A DNA stretch of 64,000 bases from a candidate division WOR-3 bacterium (GTDB lineage: Bacteria > Hydrothermota > Tepidihabitantia > Tepidihabitantales > Tepidihabitantaceae). The notes beneath the pieces were generated by a model. That model ran no database searches and had not been told where the DNA came from. It worked only from the letters and a program-made list of their open reading frames with translations. Made by a program: the position numbers and the translations under genes. Below, one piece after another: positions 27,423 to 36,418 of the stretch. The stretch covers positions 86,158-150,157 of the forward strand of contig CBFGKH010000004.1 of the NCBI GenBank assembly GCA_965649295.1, in the 5' to 3' direction. How positions within the stretch are numbered: position 1 is the first letter of the stretch; each line of letters begins with the position of its first letter.

Positions 27423-27451
27423 AAGCAGCGGGCGCGGATACCCGCGCCCGC
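27421..27451 (-). terminator. hairpin terminator between convergent genes
   Basis: Perfect 10-bp stem GCGGGCGCGG-atac-CCGCGCCCGC; minus-strand tail TGCTTTT. Confidence 0.65.
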
Positions 27452-27473
27452 AAGAACAAACGCCGTCTGCTGA

Positions 27474-29621
27474 CTAACGCAGCCAGGGTAGATACTGCGA
27501 GACCTTGATGACCAACCCAAGCACCACAATCGAGACCATCGATTGTAGCTTGAGCAGGATGTTCAATGATGGGCCAGAGGCGTCCTTCAGGGGATCGCCA
27601 ACTGTGTCACCTACCACACCCGCGTGGTGTGCCGGCGAACCCTTGCCACCGTAGTTGCCCTTTTCGATGAACTTCTTTGCATTGTCCCACGCGCCGCCGG
27701 CATTGGCCGAGAAGATGGCAAGACAGAAGCCGGCAGCAAGACCACCGGCCAGGAAGCCGGCAACACCCTCCGTACCAAGCAAAAGGCCAACAACAATCGG
27801 CCCGATGATCGCCAGCAGTGATGGCGCAATCATCTCCTTTTGGGCGCTGCGAGTGCAGATGGTAACTGCGCTGGCATAATCCGGCTTGGCCGTACCCTGC
27901 ATCAGGCCGGGGATTTCCTTAAACTGCCGACGAACCTCGTTGGCAATCTCCGATGCGGTGCGACCTACTGCCCGGAGAATCATCGAACTAACGCCCATCG
28001 GCAGCATCGCCCCCAAGAAAAGCCCAGCAATCAACCGCGGGTTCAGCAAGGTAAAGCTCAGCCGTTGCAGATAATCATAGGCGCCACCAGCTCCGAGAAT
28101 CTCCGGCGCCTTGACCTCAATCTCACCACGATAAGCCGCAATCAAAGCCAAAGCCGTGAGAGCGGCTGAGCCAATAGCGAAACCCTTGCCCGTTGCCGCA
28201 GTCGTATTACCTAGGGCGTCAAGGGCATCGGTTCGCTGCCGAACAATCGGCTCCTGATGAGTCATCTCCGCATTGCCACCGGCATTGTCCGCAACCGGTC
28301 CGTAGGCGTCGGTCGCCAGGGTGATACCCAGGGTGGCCAGCATCCCGACCGCGGAAATGCCTATGCCATAAAGCCCCAATCCAGGATTCGAACCACCGCC
28401 AGCCATGTAGTAACTTGTAATAATCGCCACCGCAATCGTGATGACAATCGGAATTGTCGAGTTCATCCCGACTGCCAGACCCTCAATAACAACCGTCGCC
28501 GGCGATGTCCTCGCTTCAGCCGCGATGCCCTGAGTCGGCTTGTAGCTGTCCGACGTGAATCGTTCGGTGAAGTAACCGACAATCACCCCTGCCAGCAGAC
28601 CAGAAAGAATCGACCAATACACCTGAACATGCCCGGGCAGGAGCCAGCGCACGACGAGAAAACCGAGTACCGCGGAAAGCACAGTCGCACTCCAGACACC
28701 CGAGCGCAGCGCCTTCAGCAGCACACTCTGCTCGGCCTTCTCGCCCGCCCGCACAAAAAAGCTACCGACGATTGAAGAGAATATCCCAACACCAGCCAGC
28801 ACCAACGGCAAGAGGACACCATTCACCTCGAATCCTGAGCCAGCAAAGGCAACCACCGAGAGCGCCATCGAAGCAACAATCGAGTCAACATATGACTCAT
28901 AAAGGTCAGCACCCATACCAGCGATATCACCAACACAATCGCCAACGTTGTCGGCAATCACTGCCGGGTTGCGCGGGTCGTCTTCAGGAATGCCGGCCTC
29001 GACCTTGCCCACTAGGTCAGCACCGACATCAGCCGCCTTGGTGAAAATACCGCCACCGACGCGAGCAAATAGCGCCTGTGAGGAGGCGCCGATGCCAAAG
29101 GCAATCATTGTTGAGGTAATGGCAGTCAGCTTCTCAACCACCGGCAGGTTAGCATATACCGCATTCAGAATCGCGTACCAGATTGATAGGTCAACGAGAC
29201 CAAGACCGACAACGGTCAGCCCCATCACCAGCCCAGAAGAGAACGCCACCCGCAGACCTGAGTTCAAGCTCTGCTTGGCGGCCCATGTCGTGCGGGCGGT
29301 TGACCGCACACCGGTTGACATTCCGATAAAACCGGATAGACCAGAAAAGAACCCACCGGTTAGGAATGCAAACGGCACAAACCACGACTGCAGTCCAAAG
29401 AAAGCAAGCACACAGAGCAGCACAAAGACGATTCCGAAGAACAGCGTCACACCACGATATTGCTGCTTCAGATAGGCCGTCGCCCCGATGCGAACCGCCT
29501 TGGCGACCTCTTTCATCGGCTCGGTGCCCTCGCTCTTCTTCAGATTCTGCACGGCAACGATGTAGGCAGTGACCAGTGCCAGCACCGCGCCGCCTGGCGC
29601 GAACCAGAAATAGGGACTCAT
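27474..29621 (-). CDS. hppA: membrane pyrophosphatase, K+-dependent type (probably Na+-translocating)
   Basis: GGIFTKAADVGADLVGKVE.GIPEDDPRN, DNVGD, GNTTAA (Ala marks K+ dependence) and GDTVGDPLKD; AAGGAG RBS. Confidence 0.96.
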   Translation of the reverse strand: MSPYFWFAPGGAVLALVTAYIVAVQNLKKSEGTEPMKEVAKAVRIGATAYLKQQYRGVTLFFGIVFVLLCVLAFFGLQSWFVPFAFLTGGFFSGLSGFIGMSTGVRSTARTTWAAKQSLNSGLRVAFSSGLVMGLTVVGLGLVDLSIWYAILNAVYANLPVVEKLTAITSTMIAFGIGASSQALFARVGGGIFTKAADVGADLVGKVEAGIPEDDPRNPAVIADNVGDCVGDIAGMGADLYESYVDSIVASMALSVVAFAGSGFEVNGVLLPLVLAGVGIFSSIVGSFFVRAGEKAEQSVLLKALRSGVWSATVLSAVLGFLVVRWLLPGHVQVYWSILSGLLAGVIVGYFTERFTSDSYKPTQGIAAEARTSPATVVIEGLAVGMNSTIPIVITIAVAIITSYYMAGGGSNPGLGLYGIGISAVGMLATLGITLATDAYGPVADNAGGNAEMTHQEPIVRQRTDALDALGNTTAATGKGFAIGSAALTALALIAAYRGEIEVKAPEILGAGGAYDYLQRLSFTLLNPRLIAGLFLGAMLPMGVSSMILRAVGRTASEIANEVRRQFKEIPGLMQGTAKPDYASAVTICTRSAQKEMIAPSLLAIIGPIVVGLLLGTEGVAGFLAGGLAAGFCLAIFSANAGGAWDNAKKFIEKGNYGGKGSPAHHAGVVGDTVGDPLKDASGPSLNILLKLQSMVSIVVLGLVIKVSQYLPWLR

Positions 29622-29848
29622 CAAGAGACTCCTTTCAGTTATTCGCGGTCGAATCCCAGGTGAAGAACCTCCCGGGAGAGGAGGCTTAGTCTAAGCAAGG
29701 CCGTCGCCAAGTCAACACTGAGTCAGACGGTGTATCCTGCCAACTCGAGACTGCAAGACCCATCGTCCAGCGATGGAAGACAACCGGTAGCCACGGTCTA
29801 ACCGACGAGCCTGGCTTGACTTGGCTCATACAACGGCTATCCTAACTG

Positions 29849-30307
29849 TTGATGATTCAGGGTGTCCACCTCAAGCAACTGCGACCAATACCGGACGAAC
29901 GCGGGATGGTGATGGAGATACTGCGCTCTGACGACGAATTCTTCACCCGATTCGGCCAGGTTTACCTTTCAACAATCTACCCTGGTGTCGTGAAGGGCTG
30001 GCATTTCCACAAGGTACAGACCGATAACATCGCCATCGTCAAGGGAATGGTCAAGTTTGTGCTCTACGATGACCGGCCGGAGTCAACAACCCGGGGCGAG
30101 ATTGTTGAACTCTTCATCGGTGAGCAGAACCCGGTCCTGGTTGTAGTGCCGCCAGGAGTCATTCATGGAATGAAGGGCATCGGCTTGGAACCGGCACTGA
30201 TGATCAACTGCCCTACCGAACCATATGACCCAGCCCAGCCCGACGAGTTTCGTCGGCCGCCTGATGATCCAGCGATTCCCTACGACTGGCGCCGGAAGGA
30301 CGGTTAG
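29849..30307 (+). CDS. rfbC: dTDP-4-dehydrorhamnose 3,5-epimerase family cupin
   Basis: DERG, GVVKGWHFH, VLYDDR.ES.T and PPGVIHG; promoter TTGACT-16-TATCCT. Confidence 0.85.
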   Translation: MMIQGVHLKQLRPIPDERGMVMEILRSDDEFFTRFGQVYLSTIYPGVVKGWHFHKVQTDNIAIVKGMVKFVLYDDRPESTTRGEIVELFIGEQNPVLVVVPPGVIHGMKGIGLEPALMINCPTEPYDPAQPDEFRRPPDDPAIPYDWRRKDG

Positions 30308-31357
30308 TTGCCCAGAGTTCTTGTCGCCGGCGGTGCCGGGTTCATCGGTTCTAACCTTGTTCGTCACTTGCTTGAGCAACCCGGCTATCGAGTGCGAGTC
30401 CTGGACAAGCTGACGTATGCCGGTAACCTCGCCAATTTTCCCGAGGCGGTGCGCGCAAGCAAGCGCTTTGAGTTCGTGCGTGGAGACATCTGCAACCCAG
30501 CAACGGTTGCTGCTGCGTTGAAGAACTGTGACGCAGTTGTCAATCTCGTATCCGAAACGCACATTGACCGGTCAATCGAGAACTCACTGCCGTTTGTCCG
30601 TGCCGACTTTGTCGGTGCAGCGATTCTGCTCGAAGAGTTTCGGCGCAAGCCGGCCGACCGACTTATCCAGATATCCACCTGCGAAGTCTATGGCTCGGCC
30701 CGGCGGGTGCCGATGGGCGAAGACCATCCGCTTGAACCGCAGAGCCCATATGCGGCAACCAAGGCTGGCGCTGACCGGTTATGCCTTGCTTACTACCATA
30801 CCTATCGGCTGCCAGTCACTGTGTTGCGGCCATTCAACCAATACGGTCCAAACCAGTATCCGGAGAAGGTGATTCCTTTCTTCTACACAAGTGCCCGCAA
30901 CGACCAGCCGCTCTATGTCTATGGTTCAGGCAGGAACACTCGTGACTGGACCCACGTCAGCGAGCTCTGCACACTAATCCAACGTGTCCTCGAGACTGAC
31001 CGCCAGCAAGTCGCCGGCGAAGTATTCAATGCCGGCTCTGGTGAAGAACAGAGCGTCCTCGACATTGCCACGGCCGTACTACGGTACCTTGGTAAGCCGG
31101 TAACCCTGATCCGACACATCAAGGACCGGCCTGGCCACGTTGAACGACTGGTCTGCGACACAAGTAAGACACATTCGGTCCTAAACTGGCAACCGCGCAT
31201 CCGGTTCGCCGACGGCATTCGCCAGACCCTTGCTTGGTATGACGCTAACGAGACCTGGTGGCGCAGGATAATGCGCCGCCGCCAGTATCAGCAGTTCTAC
31301 AGGCGCTGGTACTTGAACACGATGGCGCGAACCAAGACTACTGCTACTCGGAGCTAG
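30308..31357 (+). CDS. rfbB: dTDP-glucose 4,6-dehydratase-like SDR
   Basis: [38 protein letters not shown] and DRPGH; STCE replaces the usual STDE. Confidence 0.85.
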   Translation: MPRVLVAGGAGFIGSNLVRHLLEQPGYRVRVLDKLTYAGNLANFPEAVRASKRFEFVRGDICNPATVAAALKNCDAVVNLVSETHIDRSIENSLPFVRADFVGAAILLEEFRRKPADRLIQISTCEVYGSARRVPMGEDHPLEPQSPYAATKAGADRLCLAYYHTYRLPVTVLRPFNQYGPNQYPEKVIPFFYTSARNDQPLYVYGSGRNTRDWTHVSELCTLIQRVLETDRQQVAGEVFNAGSGEEQSVLDIATAVLRYLGKPVTLIRHIKDRPGHVERLVCDTSKTHSVLNWQPRIRFADGIRQTLAWYDANETWWRRIMRRRQYQQFYRRWYLNTMARTKTTATRS

Positions 31358-31359
31358 CA

Positions 31360-32685
31360 GTGAAGGCCCCTGCCTGCCGAAGAAAGCGAGCTACGTTACC
31401 AGCCTCAGGGTTTGCCACTGTCGAACAGGCACTGGCAGACATACGGGCTGGCCGACTGGTAATCGTGGTTGACGACGAGGCCCGCGAGAATGAGGGTGAT
31501 CTGATCGTTGCCGCCGAGAAGATAACCGCCGACAAGGTGAACTTCATGGCCAAGTACGGCCGCGGCCTTATCTGCGTAGCTCTGACTAGCACTCGTTGTA
31601 CTGAACTGGGACTGTCAGCCCAGGCCGGCACAAACACGGCTCTGCACGGTACTGCCTTCACTGTCTCGGTTGACGCTGTCCACGGCACAACCACCGGTAT
31701 CTCTGCTCACGACCGAGCAGTAACAATCAAGGCCCTCGTTGACAAAGAGACGCGGCCAAGCGACTTAGCGCGACCCGGCCACGTCTTTCCCCTGGTTGCG
31801 GCTGATGGCGGTGTCCTAGTCCGGGCCGGCCATACCGAAGCCGCCGTTGACCTTGCCCGCCTTGCCGGGCTGACGCCGGCTGGCGTGCTCTGCGAGATAA
31901 TGGCCGAGGACGGAACGATGGCCAGACTGCCCGCGTTGCAACGGCTGGCACGCCGCTTCGGAATGCACATCGTCACCATCAAAGACTTGATCGACTATCG
32001 TCGCCAACGTGAGAAACTGATCCGGCGCGTTGTTGAGACCACCCTGCCCACCGATTTCGGCGAATTCCGTGTCATTGTGTATGAGGACGTGGTGGAACCG
32101 TATGCCCACCTGGCACTGGTGCGGGGTGATGTCCGCGGCCAAGAACGGGTGCTTGTCCGGGTACACTCGCAGTGCCTTACCGGCGACGTCCTTCATTCCC
32201 AGCGCTGCGACTGCGGTCAGCAACTGGCCAAGGCAATGCAGATGATTGCTGAAGAGGGCCGCGGCGTGCTCCTCTACATGCGCCAGGAGGGACGAGGCAT
32301 CGGCATCGCCAACAAGCTACGTGCCTATGCCCTCCAGGACCAGGGCCTCGATACGGTTGAGGCCAATGTTGCGCTGGGTTTCGCACCTGACCTAAGGGAC
32401 TATGGCATCGGCGCCCAGATACTCTGCGACCTCGGTCTTTCGAGTATCCGGCTGCTAACCAACAACCCGCGCAAGATTGTCGGCCTGCGTGGTTTTGGTC
32501 TCGACATTGTCGAGCGCGTACCGATTGTTGTTCCGCCCAGCCGCAAGAATCTCCGCTACCTTGTGACCAAACGCGACCGACTTGGCCATCTGCTTGGCGA
32601 CATCGAACTAAACCCGACAAAGGCCTCGCCCGTGACCCGGGCCAAAGGAGTGAAGAACAATGGAAACAAGAGAATTCAAAGGTAA
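31360..32685 (+). CDS. ribBA: bifunctional DHBP synthase / GTP cyclohydrolase II
   Basis: [38 protein letters not shown] and QEGRGIG; start set at GTG 31360. Confidence 0.96.
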   Translation: MKAPACRRKRATLPASGFATVEQALADIRAGRLVIVVDDEARENEGDLIVAAEKITADKVNFMAKYGRGLICVALTSTRCTELGLSAQAGTNTALHGTAFTVSVDAVHGTTTGISAHDRAVTIKALVDKETRPSDLARPGHVFPLVAADGGVLVRAGHTEAAVDLARLAGLTPAGVLCEIMAEDGTMARLPALQRLARRFGMHIVTIKDLIDYRRQREKLIRRVVETTLPTDFGEFRVIVYEDVVEPYAHLALVRGDVRGQERVLVRVHSQCLTGDVLHSQRCDCGQQLAKAMQMIAEEGRGVLLYMRQEGRGIGIANKLRAYALQDQGLDTVEANVALGFAPDLRDYGIGAQILCDLGLSSIRLLTNNPRKIVGLRGFGLDIVERVPIVVPPSRKNLRYLVTKRDRLGHLLGDIELNPTKASPVTRAKGVKNNGNKRIQR

Positions 32686-33124
32686 GCTCGATGCCACCGG
32701 CCGCCGGTTCGGCATCGTCGTCTCGCGATTCAATGAACTGGTCAGTAAACAGCTGCTCAGTGGTGCACTCGACTGCCTTGAACGGCACGGCGCCAAGGGT
32801 GCTGACATCGTCTGGGTCGCTGGTGCTTTCGAGCTACCGGCAGTAACCCTACATCTGGCCCAGTCCAAGAAGTATCAGGCGGTGATTGCGCTTGGGGCTG
32901 TAATCCGCGGTGATACGCCCCATGCCGAATACATCTCCGCCGAGGTTGCCAAAGGTCTGGCTCAGGTCTATCTGCAGACTGGCGTGCCCGCTGCGTTCGG
33001 TGTGATTACCGCTGACACTCTCGAACAGGCATTAGAAAGAGCCGGTGCCAAGGCCGGCAACAAAGGCTGGACTGCTGCTCTCTCGGCGATCGAGATGGCC
33101 GACATTGCCAGCCAGCAGCTCTAG
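32660..33124 (+). CDS. ribH: 6,7-dimethyl-8-ribityllumazine synthase
   Basis: [22 protein letters not shown] and QALERAG.K.GNKG. Confidence 0.97.
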   Translation: METREFKGKLDATGRRFGIVVSRFNELVSKQLLSGALDCLERHGAKGADIVWVAGAFELPAVTLHLAQSKKYQAVIALGAVIRGDTPHAEYISAEVAKGLAQVYLQTGVPAAFGVITADTLEQALERAGAKAGNKGWTAALSAIEMADIASQQL

Positions 33125-33130
33125 CAAACG

Positions 33131-33559
33131 ATGACCCAGCGCCGGCTGGCGCGCGAATGCGCGCTGGAGACTCTCTATCGGCTCGACCTGGTTGGCGACG
33201 AACCGTCCGACGTCATCGAGGAGATACTCGCTCGCAAAAATCCATCCGAAGAAGCCGAGCACTACCTCCGGCGGCTGGTTGACACGGTGGTCACCAACCA
33301 GCGCGACATTGATAGCGTGCTCCGCCGGCACCTGCGGCGCTGGCGACTCGAACGACTTACCGTACTCGATCGCGCAATTCTCCGCATGGCTGCCGCCGAA
33401 ATCCTTCACTTTGGCGACGTCCCGCCCAAAGTCTCCATCAACGAAGCGGTAGAGATCGCCAAGAAGTACGGCGATGACGATGCCGGCAAGTTTGTCAATG
33501 GCGTGCTGGACAGCCTATACCGCGAAACCACTGGCAGCAGCGCCAGACCAAGCCGATGA
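33131..33559 (+). CDS. nusB: transcription antitermination factor NusB
   Basis: RRLARE, W.LERL..LDRAILR and INEAVEIAKKYG....KFVNGVLD. Confidence 0.97.
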   Translation: MTQRRLARECALETLYRLDLVGDEPSDVIEEILARKNPSEEAEHYLRRLVDTVVTNQRDIDSVLRRHLRRWRLERLTVLDRAILRMAAAEILHFGDVPPKVSINEAVEIAKKYGDDDAGKFVNGVLDSLYRETTGSSARPSR

Positions 33560-34284
33560 AGTACGGCATCTTCTCTGACGTTCACGCCAACCTCGAGGCA
33601 CTTGAGGCAGTGCTGGCCAAACTTGTCGAGCAAGGCGCAACTCGCTTCCTCTGCCTTGGTGACCTGGTCGGCTATGGCCCTGACCCCAATGCCTGCATCG
33701 AACGCATCCGTTCGCTGCGGGCCCGAGTCGTTGCCGGCAACCATGACTACGGCGCCATCCGCCGCACCTCAACTGCCGGCTTCAACCAGGCTGCTCGCGA
33801 GGCCTTGGCCTGGACGGGCAAACAGCTCACCCGCCACAACCGGCTTTATCTTGAGAATCTGCCCCTGGCCGACGTTCGCGATAGCATCCACATGGTTCAC
33901 GCCTCGCCCTCGGCACCGGACCGTTGGGAATACGTTCTCACCCTCGGTGATGCCGAGGACGAAATCGAGTACTTTAGCGAAACGATTTGCCTGCTCGGCC
34001 ATTCACATCACCCGTTCGTTGTCGAGTGCCCATCCCGCGGCCGCTGCCGCCTCATCCGCACTGAGAGTTTCCGACTCAGCCCTGGCGCCAAATATGTCAT
34101 CAATGCCGGCTCAGTCGGTCAGCCGCGCGATGGCGACACCCGGGCCTGCTGCCTTCTTTATGACATCAACGCCGCGACACTGACATTCTTTCGCGTTCCT
34201 TACGACATCGCTACCACCCAGGAGAAGATCCGGCGGGCCGGGCTGCCGGAATCACTCGCCACCCGCCTGAGCCACGGCTACTAG
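33556..34284 (+). CDS. metallophosphoesterase family protein
   Basis: SDVHAN, GDLVGYG, GNHD, GHSH and NAGSVGQPRDG. Confidence 0.93.
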   Translation: MKYGIFSDVHANLEALEAVLAKLVEQGATRFLCLGDLVGYGPDPNACIERIRSLRARVVAGNHDYGAIRRTSTAGFNQAAREALAWTGKQLTRHNRLYLENLPLADVRDSIHMVHASPSAPDRWEYVLTLGDAEDEIEYFSETICLLGHSHHPFVVECPSRGRCRLIRTESFRLSPGAKYVINAGSVGQPRDGDTRACCLLYDINAATLTFFRVPYDIATTQEKIRRAGLPESLATRLSHGY

Positions 34285-34377
34285 CCGCCGGCGATAGCCG
34301 CCGTCAACTTCACCCCTTGACATCACCGGCTCATCGCTTAGTATCGCGATACTGACAGGAGGCTGACTATAAGCACG

Positions 34378-35994
34378 TTGCTGGCTGCCATAGTTCTTGC
34401 CGGTGCACTGACGCTGCCGTATGAACCACTCGTCGGCACGATTGACACAATCGGCGGCACGAGCTACGACTGGTGGTTCGGCGGCCCGGCCTATCGGCTG
34501 ATTGCCAACGCACCTGGCCATGGCCTGCACGTGACCTGGATGCACTCCACCGCGCTTGCTGGCAGTTCCTACCCGGACCGGAATCTGCGCTACCGGTTTT
34601 TCGAGTTTGCCGGCGACACCTGGCTCTGGCCGGACACCACCTGGGTCAACGCCGGGATGAACGCCTTCGCTGAACGTTCCGGCTTCGGCAATATTGCCGT
34701 AGATCAGCGAACTGGCTCTGCCGTAATCGGTCGCCAGTGGGCCCGTTCCGGCACGGTCACACTCGGCTGCGCCCGTGACATTGCCGCAGGCGCAGGCCTG
34801 TTCGAATACGCGACCGACGCTAACACCGACAACTACGCTTGGAGTGTCACTGCTGTTGACACGAGTGGCATAGTTCATCAACTAGCGATGACTCAGGACT
34901 ATTTACTCGGCTACTTCCGCATCTCAACCTGGCCAGACTATGGGCCGGCGGTTACCGGTTTCGTGCCCGGGCCGAGTTTCCCCAGCCACAATCTGGCCAC
35001 GGCTGGTTTTGGCCAGCGCTTAGTATGCTGCTGGGTCGCTGAGAACTGGCCAGCCATCAATCAGGCCTTCTTCTGCGAGTCCACCGACCGCGGCACAACC
35101 TGGGGACGAATTGTCGAACTCGTTCCACCCCAAGCTTTTGGCGGCGATACTCTCACGTCTTTTCATATTACCTCGCTGCATCCGTTCTACGACCGCGATG
35201 CCCGGCTCCACTTCACGGTCAACCTAATGCCGGTAGTCAACGACACCGGCTATGCGATGCCCAGCGCAATCTGGCACTGGAGTGAAGGCGTGTGGACCGA
35301 AATCACGCGGGCCGGCTGCGACCCAGCCCATCTACTCGGCACAATCGGCTACAACGCTACCTATGCGTGCCGCCCCAATCTTGGAGCTGACGACTTCGGC
35401 AACCTCCACGTGGTCTGGGAGCAATTCGATTCGATGAATGTCGAGCCGGTCACTGGCCGACTACGGGCCGACGTCTTCTACAGTCGTTCCGGTGACAATG
35501 GCCTGACTTGGTCTCTGCCGACAAAGCTGACCGATGCCGGCACCAACTCATGCCGCTACCCGACTATCACCGAACTCATCAGTGCCAGCCGTGACACGCT
35601 CGATATCCTCTATCTACTCGACATAACCGCCGGATTTGCGGTACAGGGTGAACATCCCAATGAATACAACCCCGTCATCGTTCATCATGTTCCCTTGAGC
35701 TTTGGCGCAGAAGAGCGGCAGGCGAAAGGCCCGCTGCGAACCGAACTGCTCGCACTGCCAAGCGTGATACGGGATGCAGCACAGATTTCCTACACCCTAG
35801 TCAGTACCGACGACGTCAGGCTAGTACTGCATAATGTGTCAGGCCAGGTTGTACGGACCTTAGTGCTGGGACCGCGCCCTGCCGGGACGCATTCGAAGAT
35901 GCTGCTCGCAGACAAGCTGCCAACCGGTGTCTTCTTCCTGACATTGGAATCACGCGACACGCGACTCAGCCGAAAGGTTGTTATCAGCCGCTAG
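34378..35994 (+). CDS. secreted BNR/Asp-box protein with T9SS-like C-terminal domain
   Basis: Signal peptide, STDRGTTW and SGDNGLTW Asp-boxes, and CTD HNVSGQVV..LPTGVFFL..KVVI; AGGAGG upstream. Confidence 0.75.
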   Translation: MLAAIVLAGALTLPYEPLVGTIDTIGGTSYDWWFGGPAYRLIANAPGHGLHVTWMHSTALAGSSYPDRNLRYRFFEFAGDTWLWPDTTWVNAGMNAFAERSGFGNIAVDQRTGSAVIGRQWARSGTVTLGCARDIAAGAGLFEYATDANTDNYAWSVTAVDTSGIVHQLAMTQDYLLGYFRISTWPDYGPAVTGFVPGPSFPSHNLATAGFGQRLVCCWVAENWPAINQAFFCESTDRGTTWGRIVELVPPQAFGGDTLTSFHITSLHPFYDRDARLHFTVNLMPVVNDTGYAMPSAIWHWSEGVWTEITRAGCDPAHLLGTIGYNATYACRPNLGADDFGNLHVVWEQFDSMNVEPVTGRLRADVFYSRSGDNGLTWSLPTKLTDAGTNSCRYPTITELISASRDTLDILYLLDITAGFAVQGEHPNEYNPVIVHHVPLSFGAEERQAKGPLRTELLALPSVIRDAAQISYTLVSTDDVRLVLHNVSGQVVRTLVLGPRPAGTHSKMLLADKLPTGVFFLTLESRDTRLSRKVVISR

Positions 35995-36007
35995 AATAGT
36001 ATCTCTC

Positions 36008-36320
36008 CAAGTTACTCTGGTGTGGAAGGATAGGCGATCGTCCCCGCACCGGCAAAGGGAAGACAAAGATTGAGGGGGGAGTGACCCCCGGAGTCACCCC
36101 CAGAGCCACAATCAGGCTGTCTCTGCAGGCGAGTCGAGAGTCGGCTCGAGGGGTTAAGCCGATAACCTGTCAGGACTTGGCTCGACAACCGAGCTCCGGT
36201 CCCACAGCAGAGTTCTGTGTCGCGGTCTCTGGCCTGAGAATTGTCAGTGCCGGTCTGAGGTTGAGCCCTGCCAGCAATCGCCGATTCACCTGCCCAGCCA
36301 AGACAGAGACCAACGTCTGA
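36008..36320. repeat. Intergenic element copy C (inverted, divergent): G-run plus 20 phased 12-bp units
   Basis: GGGGGGA followed by GTGACCCCCGGA, GTCACCCCCAGA, GCCACAATCAGG and so on; 17 of 20 units start N-Y-S. CAAGTT..GGATA at 36008-36032 echoes the CAAGTT..RGTTA motif of A and B. Confidence 0.55.
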
Positions 36321-36373
36321 TGGAGTGGTCAGCCGGTTAGACGGTTATCTGTCTTGCTGGCGGTAGTAAGGCA

Positions 36374-36399
36374 GCGGGGCGGGCACTGGCCCGCCCCGC
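36374..36399 (-). terminator. GC hairpin downstream of S8 peptidase gene
   Basis: Perfect 11-bp stem GCGGGGCGGGC-actg-GCCCGCCCCGC; weak U tract. Confidence 0.55.
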
Positions 36400-36418
36400 C
36401 CAGTCTTATGAACCCTAC

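Noticed and set aside
29625..29700. Hairpin in hppA leader as a Na+ riboswitch
   Set aside because: Only a simple TCCCRGG/CCYGGGA stem; no recognisable riboswitch consensus.
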